A stretch of 46,791 nucleotides of DNA from an uncultured bacterium (GCA_965662845.1 CBFIJD010000022.1:3400-50190), one strand, 5' to 3'; shown: positions 35,936 through 46,075, numbered from the stretch's first letter. Notes: a model not told the origin generated them from the sequence alone. Program-made: numbers and translations.

Positions 35936-36828
35936 ACTTCTTGCAAGCTCTCCGTTGTGCTGATCTCACGCAGCGATGAGCGCATTCTCTGCCACTGCTG
36001 CCTCGTCGCGGCTTTGAACTCCGCAAATTGAGAAGCAAAAGCCGCTTCGGCCTCCTCCCCCCAGCGTAGCGCTAGCAGCTCTTCTCCCTCCTGAAACAGT
36101 AGCTCGCCTCGCAGCCCCAACGTCTCCTCCAGCGGATCAGTGATCCATACGCCATGCAGCTGGTTGTGGTGCACAAGTCCGCGGCACAGGCGCCACGCCT
36201 CTTCGTCAAATTGCAGAAAGTCACTGATGAGCCAAAGGCGACTCCCAGGGCGGATCACCTTGCGCAGGTGTCCCAACATCTTGGGAAAAGAGAAAGCTTG
36301 GTGCGCTGCGGGACGCGCCTCTAGGTGAGCGTTGTATGTCGTCACCAGCGCACCAAACATGCGCAACAACGCCGGCTTGTGCTCCTTCGGCGCAAACTCC
36401 TGCACGGTTCCGTGAGCATCGGCAAACCAGAGCGCAAAACGATCTTTATGGCGCAGCGTCTGCCAACCGATGCGGGCGGCGATGCGGGCCCCTAGCTTCG
36501 CTTTGAGTTGCCCTTGAGACGCAAAAAACATCGACGGCGCTAGATCGAGGAGTACGTAGACCGGCTGTTCCCGTTCTTCGCGAAATAATTTGGTGTGTGG
36601 CTTCCCAGTACGCGCCGTGACTTGCCAGTCGATCAAGCGCACATCGTCACCGGGTTGATAGAGGCGCACCTCGTCAAACTCCATCCCTCGCCCTTGTTGG
36701 CGGCTCAGGTGGTTGCCGCTCTGCGGGGAGCTAGGAGGCTTTCGACGTGATGGGGGGGGGCCGACGAGCCCTAGAGGAGGCAGCAAGTCGGTGAGTTGCA
36801 AAAAGAGCGAGGGGTCCAGCGCAGACAT
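35932..36828 (-). CDS. DUF58 (MoxR-associated, VWA-like) protein
   Basis: GRGMEFDEVRLYQPGDDVRLIDWQVTARTG, LFREERE, LLDLAPSMFF, LISDF. Confidence 0.9.
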   Translation of the reverse strand: MSALDPSLFLQLTDLLPPLGLVGPPPSRRKPPSSPQSGNHLSRQQGRGMEFDEVRLYQPGDDVRLIDWQVTARTGKPHTKLFREEREQPVYVLLDLAPSMFFASQGQLKAKLGARIAARIGWQTLRHKDRFALWFADAHGTVQEFAPKEHKPALLRMFGALVTTYNAHLEARPAAHQAFSFPKMLGHLRKVIRPGSRLWLISDFLQFDEEAWRLCRGLVHHNQLHGVWITDPLEETLGLRGELLFQEGEELLALRWGEEAEAAFASQFAEFKAATRQQWQRMRSSLREISTTESLQEV

Positions 36829-36832
36829 GGGC

Positions 36833-37261
36833 TCAGTTGGGCGGACCGGGGACACAAACGAGCATCCCTTTCTCAACCGTGTAGCTTGCGCAGTTCTTGG
36901 TGAACTCGTTGTCTTTCATCTGGCGGATTTCTCTCATCACGCGCTCAATGCGCTGCGCCTCACGAATCTTTTCGGTAGGAGAGGGCCCTTTGTTGGGGGG
37001 TTCTTGGCGGTGTACGATATAAACATTTGCGCTCTCGACTTGCCCCAGCGTCGTATTGGCTTCTTTCTGAATGCCTGCGGCGACATCGTCTTCACACTCC
37101 CTCAGCTCGATGAATGTCTGGGCATTCGCACACTCGGGCACCGAGGCTTGGTGATGATAAGGGGGAAGCTCTTTTTTAGGCGGTTCGGGGGGCGCCGACG
37201 AGCAGGCGCCGAGTAAGCCGAGCGCGGTGATGCTTACAAACCAGCGAAATGAAGCGATCAT
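36833..37261 (-). CDS. Hypothetical lipoprotein
   Basis: LGLLGAC lipobox, Pro-rich linker, four further Cys. Confidence 0.7.
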   Translation of the reverse strand: MIASFRWFVSITALGLLGACSSAPPEPPKKELPPYHHQASVPECANAQTFIELRECEDDVAAGIQKEANTTLGQVESANVYIVHRQEPPNKGPSPTEKIREAQRIERVMREIRQMKDNEFTKNCASYTVEKGMLVCVPGPPN

Positions 37262-37686
37262 CAGTTTTGTTCTCGAATGAGTTGTTGCAACATCAAGCTT
37301 GATTCTCGTATGTGGCGGGCATCCGAACGATTGATCTTCGGGACGGGCAGCGAGTGTGGCTGGGGCATCTGCCCTGTTCCATAATAGGGCACTCGCTCTT
37401 CGCCAACAGGAGGCCCACCAAACCCAGAGTAAGGTTTGCGCCGTCGCTGTTTGCCTGCAAATTTACGTCGATATTCAAAGCCTGGGTTGGTCAGTTGGTT
37501 GACCATTTCCCCACTGCGCTGCACTTCCTGTGGCTGATAATCGGAGATGGGGTATTCGCCTGCCTGTCCACGAATAATGTTTTGGATGCGACTGTTCGTG
37601 GTTCGGGTGCGGTATTCATCCGCCGCCCACACCCAAGAGGCAGAAACTATTAGACAAGACAGAGAGAGAATTGCGGTGCGTTTCAT
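37261..37686 (-). CDS. Hypothetical secreted protein
   Basis: Signal peptide MKRTAILSLSCLIVSASWVWA; stop overlaps the next start. Confidence 0.65.
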   Translation of the reverse strand: MKRTAILSLSCLIVSASWVWAADEYRTRTTNSRIQNIIRGQAGEYPISDYQPQEVQRSGEMVNQLTNPGFEYRRKFAGKQRRRKPYSGFGGPPVGEERVPYYGTGQMPQPHSLPVPKINRSDARHIRESSLMLQQLIREQN

Positions 37687-37752
37687 GACAGTCCTTGTTG
37701 CTTGCGAGCGACAGCGTTTTGCTTTCAAGCATACGTTGCGGTCGACTCGACA

Positions 37753-39435
37753 TCAATCTCGGGATAGGCCCTGTGCCATGCGCAGACTGCGCCACAACCA
37801 AGGTGTGAGCCCCCATGTTCCCCACAACAAGCATAAGAGCAGCGTCGCTAACGCAGACGCTTGCCCCACACGATAACTCCCCAACGACTGATAGAGCAAC
37901 AGCGGCACGGTCTGTTCTGTGCCGTCGGAGAACAGCAACGCGATATTCAGTTCCCCAAAGGAGAGCACAAACGCCAATGTGAACTGCAAACTCAGCGCAG
38001 GCCGCCACCAGCGCCCCCACAGCTGCAGACGCTTCCTGTTTTGGGCATCTAGCACTTGCTCGGTCTGCTCCCAAATCTGGGGGGTCGCAAGCAGCATCGG
38101 ACGCAGCGTCCACAAAGACAAAGGAGCCGTCAGGAGCGTGTGCAGTAAGATCACTTGCGCGGCAAAAGGAATCGCCCCCCAACCCGTGGCCAACGCGGTC
38201 TGCCGAACATGAAACCAAGCCGTCCCCAGCACGACCACCGACACGGTCGCAGGCAGAAGCACCAGCAGCTGGCCGAACCATGACGCGCGTTTGCGAGCTA
38301 GGTAGTGACTCAACCCAAGACCCAGCGCCGTTGAGAACGTCGCGCTACACAAACTGATGCGAACCGAATTCCAAAGACTAGGCCAAAACTGTGCCTTTTC
38401 ATCAAATAGCCAATAGGAATAATGCTTCCCTAAACTCTCCTCGGCACCTGCTCCGCTAGCGCCCGCTAAAGAATCCAACAGCAGCAACAGCAGCAACAGC
38501 AACGTCACGCTCAGCCACACTCCCGTCCACCCCCCACAAACGAGGAGACTCCAGCCGCGTCTGGGGAGCACAGCTCGGGAGGCTCGCACCTTCTCACCGC
38601 GATGTTCTCCGGCCTGCAAGCGCAACCCAAGCGCGCTCCCCAGCAGAGCCAATCCGGTCTGCAGCAACGCTAGCCACGCGGCGGCCTGCAAATCAAGATC
38701 AACCCGCGCAAACTGATAAATGAGCACTTCCAAGGTGGGGAGGCTCGTCCCTCCACCCAGCACAAGGATCACGACAAAACTGTTCAAACATAACAAAAAC
38801 GTAAAGATCCCAGCCGCAGCAATCGACGGCTGAAGAAGCGGCAGCGTCACTCGCCAAAAGCGCCAACCAGCAGGGCGCCCTAGGGTCTGAGCGACCGCGT
38901 CATAGCGCTGTGAAACGAACCGCCAGCGCCCCCCCACCAGCATCATGGTCAGCGGGACATTGTACAGCACATGCGCCAGCAAAATGCCCGTCCAGCCATA
39001 AATATTGAAATCCCAGCCACTCCAGCGGTAGACCGTCTGTGTGATCCACCCGTTTTGCCCAAACGCCATCACGACCAGCAAAACCAGCACTACAGGCGGC
39101 AGCACAAAGGGCAACAACAGGGGGCCCTGCCACAGCGCTTCCCAGCGGGAGTGTGTGTGGCTGACCAACCACGCGATGGGGAAACCACACAACACCGCCA
39201 GCAGCGCACTCAACAACGCTTGCTGCAGCGTGAACAGCACCACATCCCCAACCCAAGGATCGCTCACCAACTCCCTCATGCGAGCCCACGAGAGCAACGC
39301 TTGCTCTGAGAGGAGTGGATGCTCTCCGCTCAAATACAAAATGAGAGGAACATAGAACCCTAGCCCCAAAGCAAGGATTCCCAACCAGCTCAGCAGCCTC
39401 ACTGGCTCAGTTGACGTGACCACTGGCGGAGCCAC
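37753..39435 (-). CDS. thiP: Thiamine ABC transporter permease
   Basis: Double permease; FTLQQALLSALLAV, LPFVLPPVV, GILLAHVLYNVPL, TLEVLIYQ, SFGE; follows thiB. Confidence 0.88.
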   Translation of the reverse strand: MAPPVVTSTEPVRLLSWLGILALGLGFYVPLILYLSGEHPLLSEQALLSWARMRELVSDPWVGDVVLFTLQQALLSALLAVLCGFPIAWLVSHTHSRWEALWQGPLLLPFVLPPVVLVLLVVMAFGQNGWITQTVYRWSGWDFNIYGWTGILLAHVLYNVPLTMMLVGGRWRFVSQRYDAVAQTLGRPAGWRFWRVTLPLLQPSIAAAGIFTFLLCLNSFVVILVLGGGTSLPTLEVLIYQFARVDLDLQAAAWLALLQTGLALLGSALGLRLQAGEHRGEKVRASRAVLPRRGWSLLVCGGWTGVWLSVTLLLLLLLLLDSLAGASGAGAEESLGKHYSYWLFDEKAQFWPSLWNSVRISLCSATFSTALGLGLSHYLARKRASWFGQLLVLLPATVSVVVLGTAWFHVRQTALATGWGAIPFAAQVILLHTLLTAPLSLWTLRPMLLATPQIWEQTEQVLDAQNRKRLQLWGRWWRPALSLQFTLAFVLSFGELNIALLFSDGTEQTVPLLLYQSLGSYRVGQASALATLLLCLLWGTWGLTPWLWRSLRMAQGLSRD

Positions 39436-40394
39436 TGCGCGTTCCGTTGTTGCACTTGTTCCAGCGGCAACAGCGCTGCGGCAGGCGGTTCGGGAGCGAC
39501 TCGATAAGAAGCGGGCAGTGAGACCGCTACCGCAGGATACATCCAGTTGGTCGTCGGGAGCACCCGCTGCGCTTCAGGGGAGAGGAGAAAATCTATGAAT
39601 GCGCGCGCGCGGCCTGCATGCTTAGCGTTCTTGAGGACACCTACGAACTCAATTTGGCGATAGTGTCCTTCTCGAAAGATGGCGGCTCGATAGCGCTCGG
39701 TCTGCTCATACTCCAAGTGATACGCAGGGCTCGTAATGTAACTCAGCACAAGCGGGACTTCTCCACGCGTGAACAAGCCATAGGCCGTATCCCAATCGGC
39801 TGTGACCGTCAGTAGGTTTGGCTGCAACCGCTCCCAGTACTCTAAGAAGCCATCTTCCCCTTTCGCCGCAATCGTCCAGTGTAAGAGCGAGAGCCCAGAA
39901 GAGGAGGTCTGCGGACTGGAGATGACAATCTTTTGCCGAAAGCGCTCTGCCAACAAATCGTCAAACGATTGCGGTGGTTCACGAATTTTCTCACTGTCGT
40001 AAATGAACGCCAGATACCCATGATCAAAAGGGGTCACGCGATGCTGTGCATCCAGCTGCAACTCGGCAGGGACTTGTTGCAACCGCGGAGAACGATACGG
40101 ATCCCACAGATCATACGCAAACGACTTCGCCAACTCGCTGTCGCTTACACCGAGCAACACATCCGCACGAGGCGCGTTCTTTTCCAAAATCGCTCGGTTC
40201 AAGACGGCACCAGAGTCTCCCGGCGTGATGATCTGTAACTTACACTGACATTGCTCTTCAAACTTTGAAAAGATCTGGGGCCCCGGCCCCCACTCACTGT
40301 TGAAAGACGTGTAAGTATAAATCACTAAATCCGCGGCATGGACAGTCCACAAAGAACTCCACAGCAGCAAGAGACCAATGACCCAGCGGCGCAT
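39399..40394 (-). CDS. thiB: Thiamine ABC transporter substrate-binding protein
   Basis: YTYTSFNSEWGPGP, FDHGYLAF, TSSSG, AYGLFTRGE, LSYITSPAYH, HYRQIE, TNWMYP; start MRRW at 40394. Confidence 0.93.
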   Translation of the reverse strand: MRRWVIGLLLLWSSLWTVHAADLVIYTYTSFNSEWGPGPQIFSKFEEQCQCKLQIITPGDSGAVLNRAILEKNAPRADVLLGVSDSELAKSFAYDLWDPYRSPRLQQVPAELQLDAQHRVTPFDHGYLAFIYDSEKIREPPQSFDDLLAERFRQKIVISSPQTSSSGLSLLHWTIAAKGEDGFLEYWERLQPNLLTVTADWDTAYGLFTRGEVPLVLSYITSPAYHLEYEQTERYRAAIFREGHYRQIEFVGVLKNAKHAGRARAFIDFLLSPEAQRVLPTTNWMYPAVAVSLPASYRVAPEPPAAALLPLEQVQQRNAQWLRQWSRQLSQ

Positions 40395-40512
40395 AAGCAG
40401 CTCCAGATGACCACCAGACGACGCAGCGCTCCGTGCAACGGTACTGTCTAGCGAATCCAACGGAAGGAGAGATGGGAAGGAAGGAGACTTGGAGGTCAAC
40501 GAAGGCGGCACT

Positions 40513-40598
40513 CACGTCGTTTCCCTGCGCTGGCATTATCCAGATCAGGTTCCAAGGGACTCTCTCAGAGACGCACGGCGTCCCACCCCTAACGAGCA
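40513..40598 (-). ncRNA. TPP riboswitch
   Basis: Minus strand: tcgttAGGGGTG...CTGAGAgagtCCCTtggAACCTGATCTGGATAATGCCAGCGCAGGGAaacga; P1 formed by TCGTT/AACGA; upstream of thiB. Confidence 0.95.
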
Positions 40599-40607
40599 AA
40601 GGTTACT

Positions 40608-40637
40608 ATTTTAGTTTGGGTGTCTGAGGAAAGTCAA
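40608..40637 (-). promoter_or_regulatory. Sigma70-like promoter for the TPP leader
   Basis: TTGACT-N18-TAAAAT ending about 10 nt before the riboswitch. Confidence 0.6.
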
Positions 40638-40779
40638 TGCGGCGCCAGCGAATTTTCGCTGGAATCTCATTTGGAAGAGCGGTACTCTGAAAACTTTTTT
40701 CTCACAACTGCCGGACCTTGAGGTGCCTCATCACTTCGGGGAAACGCGTTTTTTAACCTTCTGAGAAGATCGGAGACTC

Positions 40780-42369
40780 ATGCCTGAAGGAATCCAGATT
40801 AACGGCCCCATGCACGACGGGTTTGCTGACGTACTATCCAACGAAGCCCAAGAGTTTGTGGTCATGCTGCACCGCAAGTTCAACGCCCGCCGCCAAGAGC
40901 TGTTGCAGCGTCGCGAGAGCGTCCAACAAGACATTCTCAATGGAAAGCGTCCCGACTTTCTGCCCGAGACACAGAGTGTGCGAGACGGTGACTGGCAAGT
41001 GGCGCCGCTCCCTGACGATTTGCAAGACCGCCGTTGTGAAATCACAGGCCCCACCGAAGCGAAGATGATGATCAACGCGCTGAATTCTGGCGCCCGTGTC
41101 TTCATGGCTGACTTAGAAGACGCCAACTCCCCAAACTGGTTCAACCAGATCCAAGGGCAAATCAATTTGCAGCGCGCGATTGATCGCACCTTGAATTTCC
41201 AAAATCCTGACGGACGGGAGTACAAACTCAATGACCAAGTCGCCACCTTGCTTGTGCGTCCTCGGGGCTGGCACTTGGATGAAAAACACATCCTCATCGA
41301 TGGTGAGATTGCCTCCGGTTCGTTGGTCGACTTTGGCTTATATTTCTTCCACAACCACGAGCGCGTGAAGAAGATCAACTCTGGCATCTACCTCTATCTG
41401 CCAAAGCTCGAAAATCATCTGGAAGCCCGCCTGTGGAATGACGTCTTCGTCGCCGCGCAAGAATACGTTGGGAAGCCGATCGGCGGCATCAAAGCGACGA
41501 TCTTGCTCGAGCACATCCTCGCTTCTTTTGAGATTGAAGAGATGATCTACGAGCTGCGCGATCACCTCGCTGGAATGAATGCAGGCCGCTGGGATTACAT
41601 GTTCAGCTGTGTGAAGAAGTTCCGCAACGACCCTGACTTCTTGTGGCCAGACCGTGCGCTAGTCACCATGGCCGTGCCTTTCATGCGCGCCTACACCGAA
41701 GCGCTCGTGCGAGCCTGTCACAAGCGCGGCGCCCACGCGATTGGCGGGATGGCCGCGTTCATTCCCAGTCGTCGCGACGAAGAAGTGAATCGCAACGCGC
41801 TCGCCAAAGTGCGCGCTGACAAAGAACGTGACGCCAACGACGGCTACGATGGCTCATGGGTCGCACACCCCGATTTGGTGCCTGTTTGTACCGAGGTGTT
41901 CAGCGAGAAGTTTGAGGATGGCAAAGTCAACCAGAAGCACCGTCTCCGTGAAGACGTCGTACCTGACCCCAAGGGCATGCTGAACTTCAAGGTGCCAGGA
42001 GACATCACCGAGGCCGGCCTGCGCAACAACATCAGCGTCGGGATTCAATACATTGAATCGTGGCTCAACGGCATGGGCGCGGTCGCGATTTTCAACTTGA
42101 TGGAAGACGCTGCGACTGCGGAGATCTCACGCTCTCAGATTTGGCAGTGGATTCGTCACCCAGAAGGCAAGCTCTCTGATGGACGAAAAATCACTGTCGA
42201 GATGTATCGCGAGTTGGCCCAAGAAGAGATCGCAAAAGTGCGAGAGGCGCGCGGTGAGAGCTTCAATGAAGCTAGCTTTGCCAAAGCTGCCGAGATCATG
42301 GATGTGCTCGCCACCGATCCAGAGTTCAAAGAATTCCTGACCGTACAGGCTTACAGCGAACTCGACTAA
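40780..42369 (+). CDS. aceB: Malate synthase A
   Basis: DRRCEITGP, MADLED, VRPRGWHL, YLYLPKLE, NAGRWDY, AIGGMAA, GYDGSWVAHP, NLMEDAATAEISRSQIWQW. Confidence 0.96.
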   Translation: MPEGIQINGPMHDGFADVLSNEAQEFVVMLHRKFNARRQELLQRRESVQQDILNGKRPDFLPETQSVRDGDWQVAPLPDDLQDRRCEITGPTEAKMMINALNSGARVFMADLEDANSPNWFNQIQGQINLQRAIDRTLNFQNPDGREYKLNDQVATLLVRPRGWHLDEKHILIDGEIASGSLVDFGLYFFHNHERVKKINSGIYLYLPKLENHLEARLWNDVFVAAQEYVGKPIGGIKATILLEHILASFEIEEMIYELRDHLAGMNAGRWDYMFSCVKKFRNDPDFLWPDRALVTMAVPFMRAYTEALVRACHKRGAHAIGGMAAFIPSRRDEEVNRNALAKVRADKERDANDGYDGSWVAHPDLVPVCTEVFSEKFEDGKVNQKHRLREDVVPDPKGMLNFKVPGDITEAGLRNNISVGIQYIESWLNGMGAVAIFNLMEDAATAEISRSQIWQWIRHPEGKLSDGRKITVEMYRELAQEEIAKVREARGESFNEASFAKAAEIMDVLATDPEFKEFLTVQAYSELD

Positions 42370-42376
42370 GTTGCAC

Positions 42377-42420
42377 TGGGAGTTACCTTACATTTCAGAT
42401 GACAGTAGCTCCCACTTCTT
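42377..42420 (+). terminator. Stem-loop after aceB, possible terminator
   Basis: TGGGAGTTAC...GTAGCTCCCA stem followed by CTTCTT (weak U tract). Confidence 0.4.
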
Positions 42421-42440
42421 CCCCTGAGCGAAGGCAGACC

Positions 42441-42674
42441 ATGAGCGAAGAAAGAGAATACCAAGAGTATGTGCATCAAGCTTTTCGCGAGCTAGAGCAC
42501 AACTATGAGAAGCTACAGTATTGGAAGGGACGTTACACCAATTTGGGGGACGCAGAGCGCATCGCTGTGGACACCTTCTTCCAGCTGAACGCGATGCAAA
42601 TTCAACTAGAAGTGAACAATCAGCTCATGTTCGAAGTGCTCTCCGAGCTGAAGAAACAAAACGCAGGTCCCTGA
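42441..42674 (+). CDS. Small hypothetical helical protein
   Basis: MSEEREYQEYVHQAF...; coding-like sequence after aceB. Confidence 0.6.
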   Translation: MSEEREYQEYVHQAFRELEHNYEKLQYWKGRYTNLGDAERIAVDTFFQLNAMQIQLEVNNQLMFEVLSELKKQNAGP

Positions 42675-42693
42675 GAGAGCAGGCTCACTCAGG
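42669..42693. terminator. Hairpin between convergent genes
   Basis: CCCTGAG...CTCAGGG stem; no U tract. Confidence 0.35.
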
Positions 42694-42704
42694 GCTTGCC
42701 GACC

Positions 42705-43319
42705 TCACTGCTGCACAAGCAAATCCTCAATCGTCTCTGGCACTTTCTCCGCGAAGCTCTCCATCGTGCGATATTTTCCAATATCCATCTTCATGCTGCC
42801 TTCGATCACCACGGTGGGAGTGCCAGTGATTCCATAACGCTCTGCTCGGCGCATACTGTCCGCAATCTTCTCTGTCACCCACGACTCTTGGGCCTGCTCA
42901 CGATACTCATCTGCGATCCCCATGCTTTGGGCCAAGTAGTTCGCGATGCCTTTGTCGAAGACGTCAACGCCATACTCGAAGCGCGTTTTGAACAGCTCTC
43001 GCTTCATTTCTTCGCCACGCCCTAAACTTTCCGCGACATAGTAGAGCCTCACAGGCGCGTCGTCTTGTCCGCGGAAGGCGATAGGCACATCAATAAATTC
43101 CACGCGGTCGGCATATTCTTCCCGTAGTTTTTCAGAAGCCTGATGCAGGTTGTTGCAATGAGGGCATCCGAAATTCATGAACTCCTCAAAGCGCACCTTT
43201 TCGACGCTCTTGGGCGCAGGCAGATTTCCAATTTCATCGTAATATCCGCGGATGTCGGCGGCAAAAGCTGAAGAGAGGCCGAACAACAAAGCCAAGGTCA
43301 ACAACAATAAGATTCTCAT
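42705..43319 (-). CDS. DsbA-family thiol:disulfide oxidoreductase
   Basis: Signal peptide; FGCPHC active site; GITGTPT cis-Pro loop. Confidence 0.88.
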   Translation of the reverse strand: MRILLLLTLALLFGLSSAFAADIRGYYDEIGNLPAPKSVEKVRFEEFMNFGCPHCNNLHQASEKLREEYADRVEFIDVPIAFRGQDDAPVRLYYVAESLGRGEEMKRELFKTRFEYGVDVFDKGIANYLAQSMGIADEYREQAQESWVTEKIADSMRRAERYGITGTPTVVIEGSMKMDIGKYRTMESFAEKVPETIEDLLVQQ

Positions 43320-43340
43320 AATGTGATTCGTGAGTTGAGG

Positions 43341-43727
43341 TTAATTGATGGCGCTGGGGACAGCCAAAGTGAACTGTGGGATGCTGATCTCAAACATTGA
43401 AGCATCCGCAGAGTTCAGCATCTGATAGGTTCCTGTCATCGTCCCCACCGGCGTTGGAAGTGGACAACCGCTGCTATACTCAAACATTTGTCCGGGCTCC
43501 AACGTTGGCTGCTTCCCCACCACGCCCTCGCCTTCTACATGCTGCACGCGGCCATCGCCATCGGTGATGATCCAGTGACGCCGCAGCAATTGCACGGTCC
43601 GATCACCATGATTTGCGATTTCCACCCTGTAAGCAAAGAGATACAGAGGCTGCTCCGGGTCTGATTCGGCAGCCATGTAAAACGACTGGACGGACACTGC
43701 AATGTCGTGGGTGATTTTCTGGGGCAT
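43341..43727 (-). CDS. apaG: ApaG protein
   Basis: YLFAYRVEIAN, VQLLRRHWIITD, GEGVVGKQP, FEYSSGCPLPTPVGTMTG. Confidence 0.95.
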   Translation of the reverse strand: MPQKITHDIAVSVQSFYMAAESDPEQPLYLFAYRVEIANHGDRTVQLLRRHWIITDGDGRVQHVEGEGVVGKQPTLEPGQMFEYSSGCPLPTPVGTMTGTYQMLNSADASMFEISIPQFTLAVPSAIN

Positions 43728-43890
43728 GACATTCTCCTGTGAAAAAAGATAACGATATGGTGTAACGAATGTGACATCAGATCGCAAAGGATATCGTCTC
43801 AGCATTGTACTGGTCTTTCCTTTGCAGGTCGCAAAAGGATCTTTTCACCTAGACCTCACTTCTCCCTTGCTCTCGCACCAAAATCTCAAC

Positions 43891-45024
43891 ATGGCGATCA
43901 CTTCGGACGAAAATCTCAAACTCACCATCTGGCCCGGCCAACAAGAAGACACCTCTGCCGGGCTGTATTTGGACATGGACACTGAGGTTCGTAGCCAAGC
44001 GTACCGCGTGCTCAACGGCTTCACGACCCTACGCAGCAATTTCATGCAGATGGGGACGCTGCGTCGCGTTGTAGAGCTGCTACAAGGACTTCTGGTCGAG
44101 CAATTCTATAGCCTGCGTCAGATCCCTGACAATCTCACCAAAGCGCTGGCGCTGCGAGGAGCCAACGACAGTGAGCTGCCCTGCGAAGCCTTTCAAGTTT
44201 GGGAAAAGCAAAGCTGCGACGCCGATTTGTTCTTGCACCGCACACGTCTGAAGGTGAAACGCACCCGCCGCAATCTGCAAGAGCTCATTAAGGCGTTCCC
44301 CGATGATCCGATGCTACAAGAGATTGAGCAGGCCCTTGGGCGCCTCTCGCTCGATGTGCCCGCTGCTCAACTAGAACGAGATGTCGTCGCGATTACGCAG
44401 CAGCCCGCGTTCCAAAACTATTTGCAGGCCAAAGAGCGTTTTTTGAGCGAGTGGATTCGCAAGCAGGAAGAGGAACAAAGCAAGATGGATACTCGCGCGC
44501 TGAGCGGAAGCGAGCTGCAAGGGACGCTGAAGGCGCTCCAAGCACAGCGCGATCGCATTGACGAAAAGCCTGAGGTGCTTCGCTATAAGAATTATCAGTT
44601 CTTTCGACAGTTCAACGCCCAAGCCCACGACTGCCTGAACTCCTATAGCCTTGATCTCTGGGGTGACGAGAAGACCCGTGACACTTTCTTGCGCTTCATG
44701 ACAGCCACACGCAGCGCGTTCTCTGAGCATGCGCCGTTTTTCGTGTTTCGCTTTGAAAACTCGTTCACATATCTGCTCTGTGGCTTCCCTGACACCCACT
44801 TATTAGAAGCCTTGGAACAAAACCAAGACACAGTCCCCGTACATGCCAAGATCATCATGCGCCAAGCCAATCAAACCTATCGTGAATTGCACTCCGCTTC
44901 AGAGGCAAACCGCGCGGCGTATCACCAATGTCTGCGCGAAGCGATGTATCCCTTCGTCACTCACCTCAACCAACGCGTGAAAATGGAGTTGCCCAGCGAC
45001 TTCATCCACTTCTTCCGTAAGTGA
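43891..45024 (+). CDS. Hypothetical protein (about 377 aa)
   Basis: Long ORF with ATG 43891 (MAITSDENL), co-oriented with obgE; no family recognised. Confidence 0.7.
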   Translation: MAITSDENLKLTIWPGQQEDTSAGLYLDMDTEVRSQAYRVLNGFTTLRSNFMQMGTLRRVVELLQGLLVEQFYSLRQIPDNLTKALALRGANDSELPCEAFQVWEKQSCDADLFLHRTRLKVKRTRRNLQELIKAFPDDPMLQEIEQALGRLSLDVPAAQLERDVVAITQQPAFQNYLQAKERFLSEWIRKQEEEQSKMDTRALSGSELQGTLKALQAQRDRIDEKPEVLRYKNYQFFRQFNAQAHDCLNSYSLDLWGDEKTRDTFLRFMTATRSAFSEHAPFFVFRFENSFTYLLCGFPDTHLLEALEQNQDTVPVHAKIIMRQANQTYRELHSASEANRAAYHQCLREAMYPFVTHLNQRVKMELPSDFIHFFRK

Positions 45025-45036
45025 TCTCCCCCTCCC

Positions 45037-46075
45037 ATGAAATTCGTCGACTCTGTCAAAATTCAAGTCCGCGCCGGTAGCGGCGGCGCCGGCTGCACTT
45101 CCTTTCGCCGCGAAAAATATGTTGAGTTCGGCGGCCCCGACGGTGGCGATGGCGGCCACGGGGGCAACGTGATTTTTCGTGGCGACACCCGCAAAGCCAC
45201 GCTCCTCGATCTCTCTTTTCAACAGCACCAGCACGCAGAGAACGGACAATCTGGAGGCGGCAGTAACAAGCACGGACGCAACGGAAAAGACGTCGTGATT
45301 CATGTCCCGCTGGGGACGGTGATTTATGACCAAGAAACCGACGACTTGCTGCTCGATGTCGTGGAAGAGACAGACTATCCTCTTCCTCAAAGGCGGACGC
45401 GGAGGTCGGGGCAATGCGCGCTTCAAGACGTCTACCAATCGGGCTCCAGAGCATCATCAACCCGGAGAGACGGGCGCGGAGATGTGGCTCATCTTGGAGC
45501 TGAAGCTGATGGCGGATGTCGGTTTGGTCGGCTTTCCCAACGCAGGCAAATCAACGCTGATCAGCAAGTTGTCTCACGCTCGGCCAAAGATCGCGGACTA
45601 TCCCTTCACGACGCTCGTGCCCCAACTTGGAGTCGTGAAACACAGCGAGTCTGAGACTTTTGTCATCGCAGACATTCCCGGAATTATCGAAGGGGCTCAC
45701 GAAGGGCGAGGGCTGGGCGATCAGTTTTTGCGGCACATTGAACGTACTGCGACCCTACTGATCATGCTGGATGGCTCCGGCTTCTCGGAAGCGCCCCCCC
45801 TAGAGGAATATGAGGTGCTGTTGCACGAGCTAGCGTCGTTTGCATCGGAGCTGCTCGACAAGCCCCGCGCTGTCGCGCTCACCAAAATGGACAGCGTCAG
45901 CGATTGGGAAGAGATCAAGCGCGTGGAGGAGGCGCTGCAAGCGCGTGGAGAAACCGTGTTCCGCATCTCGTCCCTGAGTGGCAGCGGCCTCAAAGAGCTG
46001 CAAGATCACCTCGCGGTAACGATCCGTCAGGCAAGACACCCTGACGAAGCGGCGGATCCGTCACATGAGAGCTGA
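45037..46075 (+). CDS. obgE: GTPase ObgE/CgtA, split by an apparent +1 frameshift near 45370-45381
   Basis: Frame 1: MKFVDSVKI...SFRREKYVEFGGPDGGDGG...VPLGT. Frame 2: KGGRGGRGNARFK...DVGLVGFPNAGKST, YPFTT, DIPG, TKMD. The span is 1039 nt (3n+1). Confidence 0.93.
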
